Origin: an uncultured Candidatus Izemoplasmatales bacterium
GTDB taxonomy: Bacteria > Bacillota_I > Bacilli_A > Izemoplasmatales > Izemoplasmataceae
Direction: 5' to 3'
Length of the DNA stretch: 24,000 nt
Assembly: GCA_964501715.1 (NCBI GenBank)
Contig: CAZCTR010000001.1
Coordinates: forward strand, 100,841-124,840
Shown: one piece after another, positions 16,020 through 24,000 of the stretch
Numbering within the stretch: the stretch's first letter is position 1
How the letters are laid out: the number at the start of each line of letters is the position of its first letter
Notes under the pieces: generated by a model
The model's input: the letters and a program-made list of their open reading frames with translations, nothing else
Databases searched by the model: none
Told to the model about the DNA's origin: nothing
Made by a program: the position numbers and the translations under genes

Positions 16020-18014
16020 TCAAACCGTTTCTCCTTCAAAAAACATGCTGTTCACATGTTCGATCAATCGGTCGGTCTCTTCGGAGGCTTTTCTTTCATG
16101 ACGTTCCATGATGACCTCGGCATCAAGGCTGGCCTGTTCGAACAAGGCCATGTCTCCCTCCTCGTCCTTTCTCAGAATGTCGAGGCTTCCGCTTTGTCGT
16201 GTTCCGACAAGATCGCCGAACCCTCTCCTATCAAGGTCGACCTCACTCAGTTCAAAGCCGTCATTGGTGGTCTCGAGTATCTTCAGACGCTCCACGGTCC
16301 ACGCATCATCCTTGCAGAGGATGACGCACGCACCGTTCGACCCTTCCCTTCCGACTCTCCCCCTGAGTTGATGGAGCTGAGCATATCCGAAACGCTCACC
16401 ATGATAGATCACCATGAGCGTTGCACCCGGAGCGTGAATGCCCACTTCAATGACCGTGGTCGAAACCAGTATGTCAGTGGACCGGTCCTTGAAAGCTTTC
16501 AAGGTTTCTCTTTTCTCTTGCGCACTGAGTCGTCCATGAAGCATGGCGACCGATTGGTCGCGGAATCGTTCGCTATATTTCCTGAACAGGGTCTTCACGC
16601 CATTCAAGGTCTCCTGTTCGTCAATGGTCGGCGCGACCACGTACACTTGTTCCCCTCTTTTAAGCCGACGAGCGACCGCATTCATGGCAGCTTGTTCGCT
16701 CCGCATGGTTCTCACGGCCGTCTCCACGGAACGCGCCCTGTTGGATGGACGCTCAATCGTTGAAATATCCATATCGCCGAACAGGGTCATTGCTAGCGTA
16801 CGCGGAATGGGTGTTGCGCTGAGATAGAGAATGTCCGGTATGTCGCCTTTTGAAAAGAGACGTTTTCTTTGAGCGACCCCGAAACGGTGTTGCTCATCCG
16901 TAATCACAAGCCCCAATGCAGAAAACCTGACATCGTCGCTGAACAGCCTGTGTGTCCCGACAACAAGGTCGCATCGGCCTGCCTCAAGCGCATCAAGCGT
17001 GTCCCGCTCATCAGAGGCGTTTTGTGTAAGCAACCGGATTTCGACCCCGAAAGTGTCTAAAAAAGCATTCGCCTCATCATACTGTTGCTGGGCCAGAATC
17101 TCGGTGGGGGCCATGAATGCGACCTGATAGCCCGAACGGATGGTTGCGAACGCTGCGAGCATGGCCACAACCGTCTTGCCGCTTCCTGTATCGCCCTGCA
17201 GCATCCGGCGCATCGGGGAAACATCGCGCAAGTCAGCGAGAATCGAGTCCAGTGCCGCATCCTGTGAAGGACTCAGATCAAAAGGCAGGCGGCAGGTCGC
17301 CTCTTTCAAGACATCCGTCGAGATGGACTTGATGGTGCCTTTTTGATGCTGCCTCCGTCTTCGCGCTCCCATCACCCGCAATTGATAGAAGAGCAACGCT
17401 TCGTATCTCAGTCTCGCAAGCGCCTTTCTAAGAGATGGAAGGGTCCTTGGGAAGTGTGCCGCGAAAAGCGCTTCATGACGCTTCGGATATCCATAGGAAT
17501 CCAACAGGTGGGATGGAACGGGGTCCATCCACGCAGAAATGGATTCAAAAGCTTGACGGACAAGTTTTTGAACAACCTTGTCACTGATACCCGACAAGTT
17601 GTAAACCGGGATGATGCCTTCCATGAAATGTTCCCTTTTGATGACTCTTTGAGCCGTCAGGGTTTTCTTGGAATGATCCACTTTAGCGTAAAGCGCGACG
17701 GTGTCTCCTTTTGACAATGTCTTTTTAAGGTAATGCTGATTGAATACTGCGATGGTGAAGACTGTGCCATCCACAGAGGCTTTGAACGTCAGACGACTAA
17801 GGCTTTTGCGTATGAAAAAAACCGAGACATCGCTGCTTATGACGCCTTCGAGATAACACGAAGTCCCATTTTCGACCTCATGGATGCGGGATATCGATCG
17901 CACATCATAACGTCTGGGAAGATATTCCACCAAATCACTAAGGGAATGGATGCCCTGTTCATTCAAACGGTCGACCCGTGTCGGTCCCAAACCTTTCAAG
18001 TCCTCTAAAGCCAT
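16020..18014 (-). CDS. recG: ATP-dependent DNA helicase RecG
   Basis: MLQGDTGSGKTVVAMLAA, MAPTEILAQQQY, ITDEQHRFGVAQR, LYLSATPIPRTLAMTLFGDMDIS, YGERFGYAQLHQLRGRVGRE. Confidence 0.98.
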   Translation of the reverse strand: MALEDLKGLGPTRVDRLNEQGIHSLSDLVEYLPRRYDVRSISRIHEVENGTSCYLEGVISSDVSVFFIRKSLSRLTFKASVDGTVFTIAVFNQHYLKKTLSKGDTVALYAKVDHSKKTLTAQRVIKREHFMEGIIPVYNLSGISDKVVQKLVRQAFESISAWMDPVPSHLLDSYGYPKRHEALFAAHFPRTLPSLRKALARLRYEALLFYQLRVMGARRRRQHQKGTIKSISTDVLKEATCRLPFDLSPSQDAALDSILADLRDVSPMRRMLQGDTGSGKTVVAMLAAFATIRSGYQVAFMAPTEILAQQQYDEANAFLDTFGVEIRLLTQNASDERDTLDALEAGRCDLVVGTHRLFSDDVRFSALGLVITDEQHRFGVAQRKRLFSKGDIPDILYLSATPIPRTLAMTLFGDMDISTIERPSNRARSVETAVRTMRSEQAAMNAVARRLKRGEQVYVVAPTIDEQETLNGVKTLFRKYSERFRDQSVAMLHGRLSAQEKRETLKAFKDRSTDILVSTTVIEVGIHAPGATLMVIYHGERFGYAQLHQLRGRVGREGSNGACVILCKDDAWTVERLKILETTNDGFELSEVDLDRRGFGDLVGTRQSGSLDILRKDEEGDMALFEQASLDAEVIMERHERKASEETDRLIEHVNSMFFEGETV

Positions 18015-18029
18015 ACTATCACCAAAGAC

Positions 18030-18035
18030 ATTATA
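18030..18035 (-). promoter_or_regulatory. Extended -10 promoter element of recG
   Basis: Minus strand TGTTATAAT (TGnTATAAT) 16 nt upstream of the recG ATG. Confidence 0.6.
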
Positions 18036-18048
18036 ACACGCCTGTCAT

Positions 18049-18081
18049 AAAAAAAGACCAAGGGGTTTTAAGCCCTTGGTC
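18049..18081 (-). terminator. Terminator after fakA
   Basis: Minus strand GACCAAGGG-CTTAAAAC-CCCTTGGTCTTTTTT. Confidence 0.9.
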
Positions 18082-18089
18082 GTGGTTGT

Positions 18090-19760
18090 CTATTCCACTG
18101 CAAACAGATAATGGTACACTGACTGATCGCCTTGGATGGTCTCGATTTCAAGTTCCTCGAAAGATTCGTTGATATGTTTTTCCAGTTTCTTGACTTCTTT
18201 TTCATCAACGTCTTGGCCGACCATGATGGTGATGATTTCGCTATCATCATCAATCAATGAAGCGACCAGTTCCTTGGCGGCATTAAGGCGGCTTTTGTCG
18301 GAATGCACGATTTTCCCCTCGTTGATGGAGAGATAATCGTTTTTCTTGATCTCGATGCCGTTCATGTCCGTATCACGGATGGCATAAGTGATCTCACCCG
18401 TCTTGACATGGTCGATGAGCTCTTTCATCTCCTCAACGATTTCGTCCAGTTCTTGGTTCGCGTCAAACATGGTCAGACTCGCATACCCTTGAGGGATGGT
18501 CTTGGCGGGAAGGACGATCACGTTCTTGTCCTCGATGGTCTTCTTGGCGTGTTCCGCGCTCATCATGACATTTTTGTTGTTAGGAATGATCAGGATGTTT
18601 TCCGCGTTGACAAAACTCACAGCATCGATGAAATCCTGTGTGGATGGGTTCATAGTCTGTCCACCGTCGATGATGTAATCCACACCCATCTCCTTGAATG
18701 ATTCCTTGATGCCTTTCCCTGTAAGCACAGTGATGATGCCGTAGCGCTTGGGTTGACCGGTGTGATATGCGTTGAGATGTTCATGGCCACAATCGTGCTC
18801 GTGCTCATGTTCCGGTTGATGAAGGAGCGTCTCGGTATGTTGGAGGGTCATGTTTTCGATTTTGATGTTGGCGAACTCGCCATACTCCTGACCGAGATTG
18901 AGCGCTTCACCAGGTTCGGTAGTATGGATGTGTACTTTGAGGATTTCCTCATCATCGACAACAACGATGGAATCCCCCATCTTGTTGAGCTGTTTGATGA
19001 CTTTGTCCTTGTTGAGTTTCTTGCGTCCGTCCAATTGGACGATGAACTCAGTGCAATAACCGAATTCCTTCTGTTCTTCCTGTTCATAGCCTTTAGTGGT
19101 CTTCGCAGCTGCGCGCCTGGCGCCTCGGTCCTCTTGATGCATCTCACCTTCCAAGGCGTCCACCATGCCTTCGATGATGTAGATCAGACCGGCTCCACCG
19201 CTGTCGACAACACCCGACTCCTTTAGTACGGGAAGCTGTTCCGGGGTGTTTTCAAGTGCTTTTTGCGCGGCTTCGAGATACACCTTGAGCGTCGCCAGGA
19301 TGTCAGTGTTCTCATCCGAGACACTTTCAGCTTTCTCGACGGCTTCACGTGCGACTGTTAGAATCGTGCCCTCAACAGGGTTGATGACGGCGCCATAGGC
19401 TTGTTTGACGCCTTGCTTCATACCTTCGATGAACTGTTTCGCATTCGCGGTCACGAGTGACTGGAACGTTTTGCCGAATCCGCTGAAAAGCTGTGAAAGG
19501 ATGACGCCCGAGTTTCCTCTTGCGCCCATCAGCAGACCTCTTGAGAGGGCTTTTCCTATTTTTTCAACTGATTCGTCCTCTAAAGACTGTATGGCTTCAA
19601 CGCCAGACATCATGGTTGATTGCATGTTGCTTCCGGTATCGCCATCTGGGACAGGGAAGACGTTCAAGTCGTTGATTTCCTGGTGATTGTTCTTGAGTTT
19701 TATGCTGCCGTTCGTTATGATTAATTTCATGAGATTTCCATCGATTTCCATGGGTTTCAT
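18090..19760 (-). CDS. fakA: DAK2-domain fatty acid kinase subunit (YloV/FakA family)
   Basis: NDLNVFPVPDGDTGSNMQSTM, GLLMGARGNSGVILSQL, VDSGGAGLIYIIEG, IIDGGQTMNPSTQDF; SD GGAGG before ATG 19760. Confidence 0.93.
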   Translation of the reverse strand: MKPMEIDGNLMKLIITNGSIKLKNNHQEINDLNVFPVPDGDTGSNMQSTMMSGVEAIQSLEDESVEKIGKALSRGLLMGARGNSGVILSQLFSGFGKTFQSLVTANAKQFIEGMKQGVKQAYGAVINPVEGTILTVAREAVEKAESVSDENTDILATLKVYLEAAQKALENTPEQLPVLKESGVVDSGGAGLIYIIEGMVDALEGEMHQEDRGARRAAAKTTKGYEQEEQKEFGYCTEFIVQLDGRKKLNKDKVIKQLNKMGDSIVVVDDEEILKVHIHTTEPGEALNLGQEYGEFANIKIENMTLQHTETLLHQPEHEHEHDCGHEHLNAYHTGQPKRYGIITVLTGKGIKESFKEMGVDYIIDGGQTMNPSTQDFIDAVSFVNAENILIIPNNKNVMMSAEHAKKTIEDKNVIVLPAKTIPQGYASLTMFDANQELDEIVEEMKELIDHVKTGEITYAIRDTDMNGIEIKKNDYLSINEGKIVHSDKSRLNAAKELVASLIDDDSEIITIMVGQDVDEKEVKKLEKHINESFEELEIETIQGDQSVYHYLFAVE

Positions 19761-19984
19761 AGGCTATCCTCCGTAGTGAATAATAGTCAATAGTTATGTG
19801 TACAAATTAGTTTGATATACTTAATATGCAGGCTTTATTTATTTTATCACAGCCCCCCTGGCATTGCAACATATAGACCAAATAACGTATATTAACATTT
19901 TTTTTATAAAATGCTTGATTTATATTGTCCATGTGTTATCATGTATAAGGTTCGCAATAGGATTCGTCGAATGGAGGTCAAATC

Positions 19985-20179
19985 ATGTCAAAATCTTGTT
20001 ATGTCACTGGAAAGAAAAACCATTTCGGTAACAATCGCTCATTTTCCATGAACGCAACCCGACGCAAATGGAAAGCCAATTTGCAAAAGGTCAGGATCAT
20101 CGATGAAAACGGCGAAAAGAAAACTGTTTATGTATCCGCACGTGCCCTCAAAAAACATAAACTGAACCGCGCTCAATAA
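19985..20179 (+). CDS. rpmB: Large ribosomal subunit protein bL28
   Basis: [38 protein letters not shown]...; SD GGAGG. Confidence 0.96.
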   Translation: MSKSCYVTGKKNHFGNNRSFSMNATRRKWKANLQKVRIIDENGEKKTVYVSARALKKHKLNRAQ

Positions 20180-20186
20180 CTTACTC

Positions 20187-20213
20187 GAAAAGCCGATTTT
20201 TTTCGGCTTTTAT
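20187..20213 (+). terminator. Terminator after rpmB (T tract on both strands)
   Basis: GAAAAGCCGATTTTTTTCGGCTTTTATT. Confidence 0.8.
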
Positions 20214-20256
20214 TATGAATAACCCACCCCCCTCAAAAAACCCCCCTCTTTTTTTA

Positions 20257-20288
20257 AAGCACTGCTCGGAAGCAGTGCTTTTTTTTAT
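20257..20288 (+). terminator. Second strong hairpin/terminator between rpmB and thiN
   Basis: AAGCACTGCT-CGGA-AGCAGTGCTTTTTTTT. Confidence 0.82.
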
Positions 20289-20297
20289 GGTGCTGGG

Positions 20298-20906
20298 TCA
20301 TTCATCGTCAGAGGCAATCACGAGGAGCTCGCCGGCATCGAACGAAACGGTGCCGCTTCCCTGATTGGATATGCAAAGTGGATCCGTCACTTCAAGATCA
20401 TAGTGATCGAGTTCAAAGCTGAAATGTTTCAAGGTGAGACCGCGAACGGGTTTTACAGCGAAAAACGAGATATAAGCATGGGGATTGTCTATCTTGTGCG
20501 TGCCCGGTTTCAAGACCCGCGCCATATGGTGGTCTGTCCTGAGGGTGACATTTCCACGTCTCAACATGAGCAGGTTTCCATATGTATGGTCCAGACGGCT
20601 TCCCACTCCGCCATACATGGTGATGAGCGCGTCGGGATCAAGCGACAAGGCTTTCGTCAGGGCGATATCGGAATCTGTCTTGTCCTTGCGGATTTCAAAA
20701 TGTTCGAGCCTTCTTGCATGTTTCTTGATAAATCCGTACTCCTCGGCAGTGACACTGTCGAAATCCCCCATGGCGTAGTCGAGGTCAATGCCCTTTTCAA
20801 GCGCATGATGAGCGGCTTTGTCGACCCCTATCAGGATCTCATCTTCCTCTTTTTCATAAAGCTTGTCAAGAGTATAGGAGATGGGAGCGACAAACAGCTT
20901 GATCAT
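20298..20906 (-). CDS. thiN: Thiamine diphosphokinase
   Basis: YAMGDFDSVTAEE, FEIRKDKTDSDIALTKAL, MYGGVGSRLDHTYGNLLML. Confidence 0.92.
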   Translation of the reverse strand: MIKLFVAPISYTLDKLYEKEEDEILIGVDKAAHHALEKGIDLDYAMGDFDSVTAEEYGFIKKHARRLEHFEIRKDKTDSDIALTKALSLDPDALITMYGGVGSRLDHTYGNLLMLRRGNVTLRTDHHMARVLKPGTHKIDNPHAYISFFAVKPVRGLTLKHFSFELDHYDLEVTDPLCISNQGSGTVSFDAGELLVIASDDE

Positions 20907-21541
20907 TGGCCGCGCACCTGGTCAATTTTCATCTTACGGTCGTCCGACTTGAAGATGAACGACCCCGCCACAAGCACATCGGCACCCGCCTCTTCGCAAA
21001 TCCGGGCGGTTTGTGTGTTGATGCCCCCATCGACGACGATGTCGAAGTGATAGCCTTTATCATCACGGATATCTCTGAGTTGCTGAATCTTCTCGACCAT
21101 GTCGTGCATGAACGATTGTCCGCCGAACCCTGGTTCAACACTCATCACAAGGACCAAGTCAAGGTCCGAGAGGTAAGGTTCAATATGTTCAACGGGGGTC
21201 TTCGGTTTCAAGGACAGTCCGGCCTTGACCTTGTGGTGGTGCAAATGGTCGACCCATCTTTGCACATCATCCACCGCTTCTACATGGAAGGTGATCTGGT
21301 CACTTCCGGCTTCAATGAATTCATTGAAGAACTTATCAGGATTATCCATCATGAGATGGACATCGAACACCTGTTTGGAATGCGGTCTCAACGCCTTCAC
21401 GACAAGTGGGCCTATGGTGAGATTGGGTACGAAATGGCCATCCATCACGTCGATGTGTATCCATTCGGCGCTTTTGATGGTATCGAGTTCTTCTTTCAAT
21501 CGGCTGAAATCAGCGGAAAGAATGGATGGTGCGACGCGCAT
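20903..21541 (-). CDS. rpe: Ribulose-phosphate 3-epimerase
   Basis: MRVAPSILSADFSRLKEEL, HIDVMDGHFVPNLTIGP, VMSVEPGFGGQSF, VDGGINTQTA. ATG 21541 is 8 nt from AGGAG; ORF track start 21550 lies in the SD. Confidence 0.96.
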   Translation of the reverse strand: MRVAPSILSADFSRLKEELDTIKSAEWIHIDVMDGHFVPNLTIGPLVVKALRPHSKQVFDVHLMMDNPDKFFNEFIEAGSDQITFHVEAVDDVQRWVDHLHHHKVKAGLSLKPKTPVEHIEPYLSDLDLVLVMSVEPGFGGQSFMHDMVEKIQQLRDIRDDKGYHFDIVVDGGINTQTARICEEAGADVLVAGSFIFKSDDRKMKIDQVRGQ

Positions 21542-21552
21542 AATCATCACTC

Positions 21553-22419
21553 CTAATAGTGGCGCTTATTTGTATTGATTTCTTCATGGATACGCAGGTA
21601 GGTCTCATAACGGTGTTTGGGGATGTTCCCTTCACTTACGGCCTCCTTGACTGCGCACCCCGGTTCGTTCACATGAAGGCATTGTCTGAACTTGCAGGCA
21701 CCGGCAAACTTCTCGAAGTCCGCGTAGCATTCCTTGAGTCTGACGGAGTCGATCCCCTCAAGCGAGAGTTTCGAGAATCCGGGCGTGTCCGCCACAAGAC
21801 CTCCCTCGAGTCTCAGAAGTTCGACATGCCTTGTCGTGTGCCGACCACGTCCGAGCGCTTTCGATATCTCGCCCGTCCTAAGAGTGAGTGACGGGTCGAG
21901 CGCATTCAGGATGCTGCTTTTCCCAGCTCCGCTCTGTCCGGCGAGCACGCTTTCCTGGTCCTTGAACACGCGTTTCAACGTTGCAAGGCTGTGATCATCA
22001 TGGATGCTGACGAAATGGACAGGGTAATGGTTTTCATAATAGGACAGTGTCGAACGGATTGAATCAAGTGTCTTCTCATCGACCAGGTCCGTCTTGTTGA
22101 GGACAATCCTTGCAGACACATCACTGTCCTCGGCAACCACCAGGAACCTATCCAGTAGATAAGTGCTGAAATCAGGGTCGACTGTCGACGTGATGATAAG
22201 CACTTGGTCGACATTCGCGATGGGCGGCCGGAGAAAATCATTCGTTCTTTTAAGGACATCGATGATTTGAGACTCGTCAAAGGTGACGCGGTCTCCGACC
22301 TTCGGCGAGACCCCCTGATGCCTAAGGACACCGCGTGGCACAACGGTTTGCACATTTCCAGATGCATCCATGACATCATATTTGCCTCCGATGAGCTTGA
22401 TCACTTTGCCTTCTTTCAT
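21553..22419 (-). CDS. rsgA: Ribosome small subunit-dependent GTPase RsgA
   Basis: Circularly permuted GTPase motifs VLNKTDL, AGQSGAGKSSILNAL, DTPGFSKL, plus Zn motif C-KFRQ-CLH...GC. Confidence 0.96.
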   Translation of the reverse strand: MKEGKVIKLIGGKYDVMDASGNVQTVVPRGVLRHQGVSPKVGDRVTFDESQIIDVLKRTNDFLRPPIANVDQVLIITSTVDPDFSTYLLDRFLVVAEDSDVSARIVLNKTDLVDEKTLDSIRSTLSYYENHYPVHFVSIHDDHSLATLKRVFKDQESVLAGQSGAGKSSILNALDPSLTLRTGEISKALGRGRHTTRHVELLRLEGGLVADTPGFSKLSLEGIDSVRLKECYADFEKFAGACKFRQCLHVNEPGCAVKEAVSEGNIPKHRYETYLRIHEEINTNKRHY

Positions 22420-22430
22420 ACACACCTCGA

Positions 22431-24000
22431 TTACAATTGGGTCCTTTTCAACGCTTCACTGAGTGGCAGCGTTTCTACCCTTTTTCTGGCAGATTGGATG
22501 CCTAACGCATAAATCATACCATAGATGATGATAATTATAAACACATACCCCCACGGAATTGCAAGCGGGATGACCATGTTGAAATAGTCAGCGAGCCATT
22601 GCATCATCCAATTGAGGGTGAAAAGAGCGAGGGGAACCGCTAGTGCGAAAGCGAATACGCTAAGGGCCAGATACCCGCCGAGAAGATAGGTCCTGATTTC
22701 CCTTTTCCCATATCCCATGACTTTGAGCATGGCGATTGTGTAGCTGTGATCATCTGCCGAAAGACGCGTGATCAAGTATATCACAAGCCCGCCAATGGCA
22801 AGGGAAAGGCCGACGGCGATATTGATGAAGGATTGCATCAGACGGTCGATGCTGTCGATCTGTTCCAAAATGGAGTCCACTCTGTGCACCTCGAGATAGT
22901 CCTCCCCATCAAGGACATGGTCAGCATACACGGTGTTGAAAGCTGCTTCTTCCCCTGTGTAAAATCCCGCCAACGCAGCCCTTTCTATGAACACCCTGTT
23001 CCCCGCATACAAGTCGGCGACACCCGTCACCTCGAGTTCCAACATTTCATCCCCATGTTCGAGCATGAAACGTTCACCCTTCTGTAAACCGCTCAGAAGC
23101 TGATGGCTCTTGGTGATGACTGCCCCCTCGACAAGGGGTTTTGAAAGAGACGTCCCCGCATCGTCATGAAGCGGATGTATGGGATCGTCAGGTTCAAGCC
23201 CGATCAACAGACTGGGCTCCCCTTGCACGCGGGCGGACGTCTCATACACCTTGCTCGCCCCCTCAGGGACAGGGCAGGTAGCTTCATAATCGCATCGTCC
23301 GATGGACTCTATCCGGGTTGAATCATAATAATCCGGTAAGGTTTTTCCGAAAGCGTCCAACATCCCGGCGGTCACTAGTGCCATGAAAAAGACAGTCATA
23401 AGGGCTAGAAGATAGATGAGGGTCTTTCCCGCGTGTCTGCTTAAGAATGCGGTCTGCATCCTCAAGGTGAAGGGCATGTTCCGAAGCTTTTTCAACCCGG
23501 GACGTATGAACACGCCTTTTCTCCCGGTCGTATCCCTCATGAGTGCATCAGGCGTCTCTTTGAAAAGACGATGAAGCACCCAGAAGCCGATTCCGTTCAG
23601 AACCAGCAGCGGCACCCCGACGGAGACCAGGACAACACGAAGGGAAAAAGAGACCGGCGCCTGCGGCAACATGTAGAAACTGAGAAAAAGATCCCGTATG
23701 TAAGGGCTAAGATGATGCCCGAGCGCGTAACCTCCCAATGCAAACCCGAAAGAGGCCACACTCAAAAAGGCCAAATGCGCAATAAAGATTGTACGTCTTG
23801 GCATCCCGAGAGCCATCAGTACACCGAGGGGCTTCTTTGTGCGTTCAATCATCCTGCTCACAAACGCCGCACATACGCCTATCCCGGTCGCAGCCGTGAA
23901 CACCGCGATGCTGAGGGCCATCATCTGCGACCCCTGGATTTCCGCATAGACCGCTCCGCTTCTCATGACTTCTTCGGTAAGCGAGACCGAGTCCACGAAG
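22431..24000 (-). CDS. FtsX-like ABC transporter permease, C-terminal part (5' truncated by window edge)
   Basis: Open reading continues past 23996 with no stop to the window end; long TM protein with FtsX-like domains (TIAMLKVMGYGKREIRTYLLGGYLALSV; ARKRVETLPLSEALKRTQL). Confidence 0.87.
   Translation of the reverse strand, partial: FVDSVSLTEEVMRSGAVYAEIQGSQMMALSIAVFTAATGIGVCAAFVSRMIERTKKPLGVLMALGMPRRTIFIAHLAFLSVASFGFALGGYALGHHLSPYIRDLFLSFYMLPQAPVSFSLRVVLVSVGVPLLVLNGIGFWVLHRLFKETPDALMRDTTGRKGVFIRPGLKKLRNMPFTLRMQTAFLSRHAGKTLIYLLALMTVFFMALVTAGMLDAFGKTLPDYYDSTRIESIGRCDYEATCPVPEGASKVYETSARVQGEPSLLIGLEPDDPIHPLHDDAGTSLSKPLVEGAVITKSHQLLSGLQKGERFMLEHGDEMLELEVTGVADLYAGNRVFIERAALAGFYTGEEAAFNTVYADHVLDGEDYLEVHRVDSILEQIDSIDRLMQSFINIAVGLSLAIGGLVIYLITRLSADDHSYTIAMLKVMGYGKREIRTYLLGGYLALSVFAFALAVPLALFTLNWMMQWLADYFNMVIPLAIPWGYVFIIIIIYGMIYALGIQSARKRVETLPLSEALKRTQL

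Noticed and set aside
15969-16763. 264-aa plus-strand ORF
   Set aside because: Antisense to the C-terminal coding part of recG (helicase motifs on the minus strand). Shadow ORF.
20403-21556. Two ~215-aa plus-strand ORFs (20403-21050 and 20906-21556)
   Set aside because: Antisense to thiN and rpe, both with clear family motifs.

Overview
24 kb window of a bacterial chromosome with Firmicutes/Mollicutes-related gene order. It uses the standard genetic code (UGA serves as a stop, e.g. for uppP and the GNAT gene) and GC looks moderate by eye. Most of it is dense housekeeping content: pepF fragment, T-box + trpS, F420-0:L-glutamate ligase-like gene, HPr with a membrane-anchored EIIB-like partner, uppP, GNAT, ppa, osmC, two tRNA-Gly, rsmH-rpmF-DUF177, tmcAL, mrp, a TPR/XRE regulator, a small XRE + DUF2975 pair, nth-dnaD-rnc-plsX-recG-fakA, rpmB, thiN-rpe-rsgA, and a truncated FtsX-like permease. 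I see no phage, transposon, CRISPR, defence or biosynthetic cluster. The spots most worth a second look are: (1) an HPr gene translationally coupled to a membrane-anchored PTS EIIB-like protein with no cysteine; (2) an HTH+TPR (RRNPP-like) regulator whose leader carries a perfect 10-bp-arm inverted repeat and a 22-codon ORF; (3) interlocked divergent promoters between DUF177-rpmF-rsmH and tmcAL; (4) a His/Cys-rich linker inside FakA; (5) a C6/A6/C6/T7 low-complexity tract between rpmB and thiN. None is a convincing new multi-gene system. Where the ORF track starts upstream of a better SD-ATG pair, I give the corrected start.
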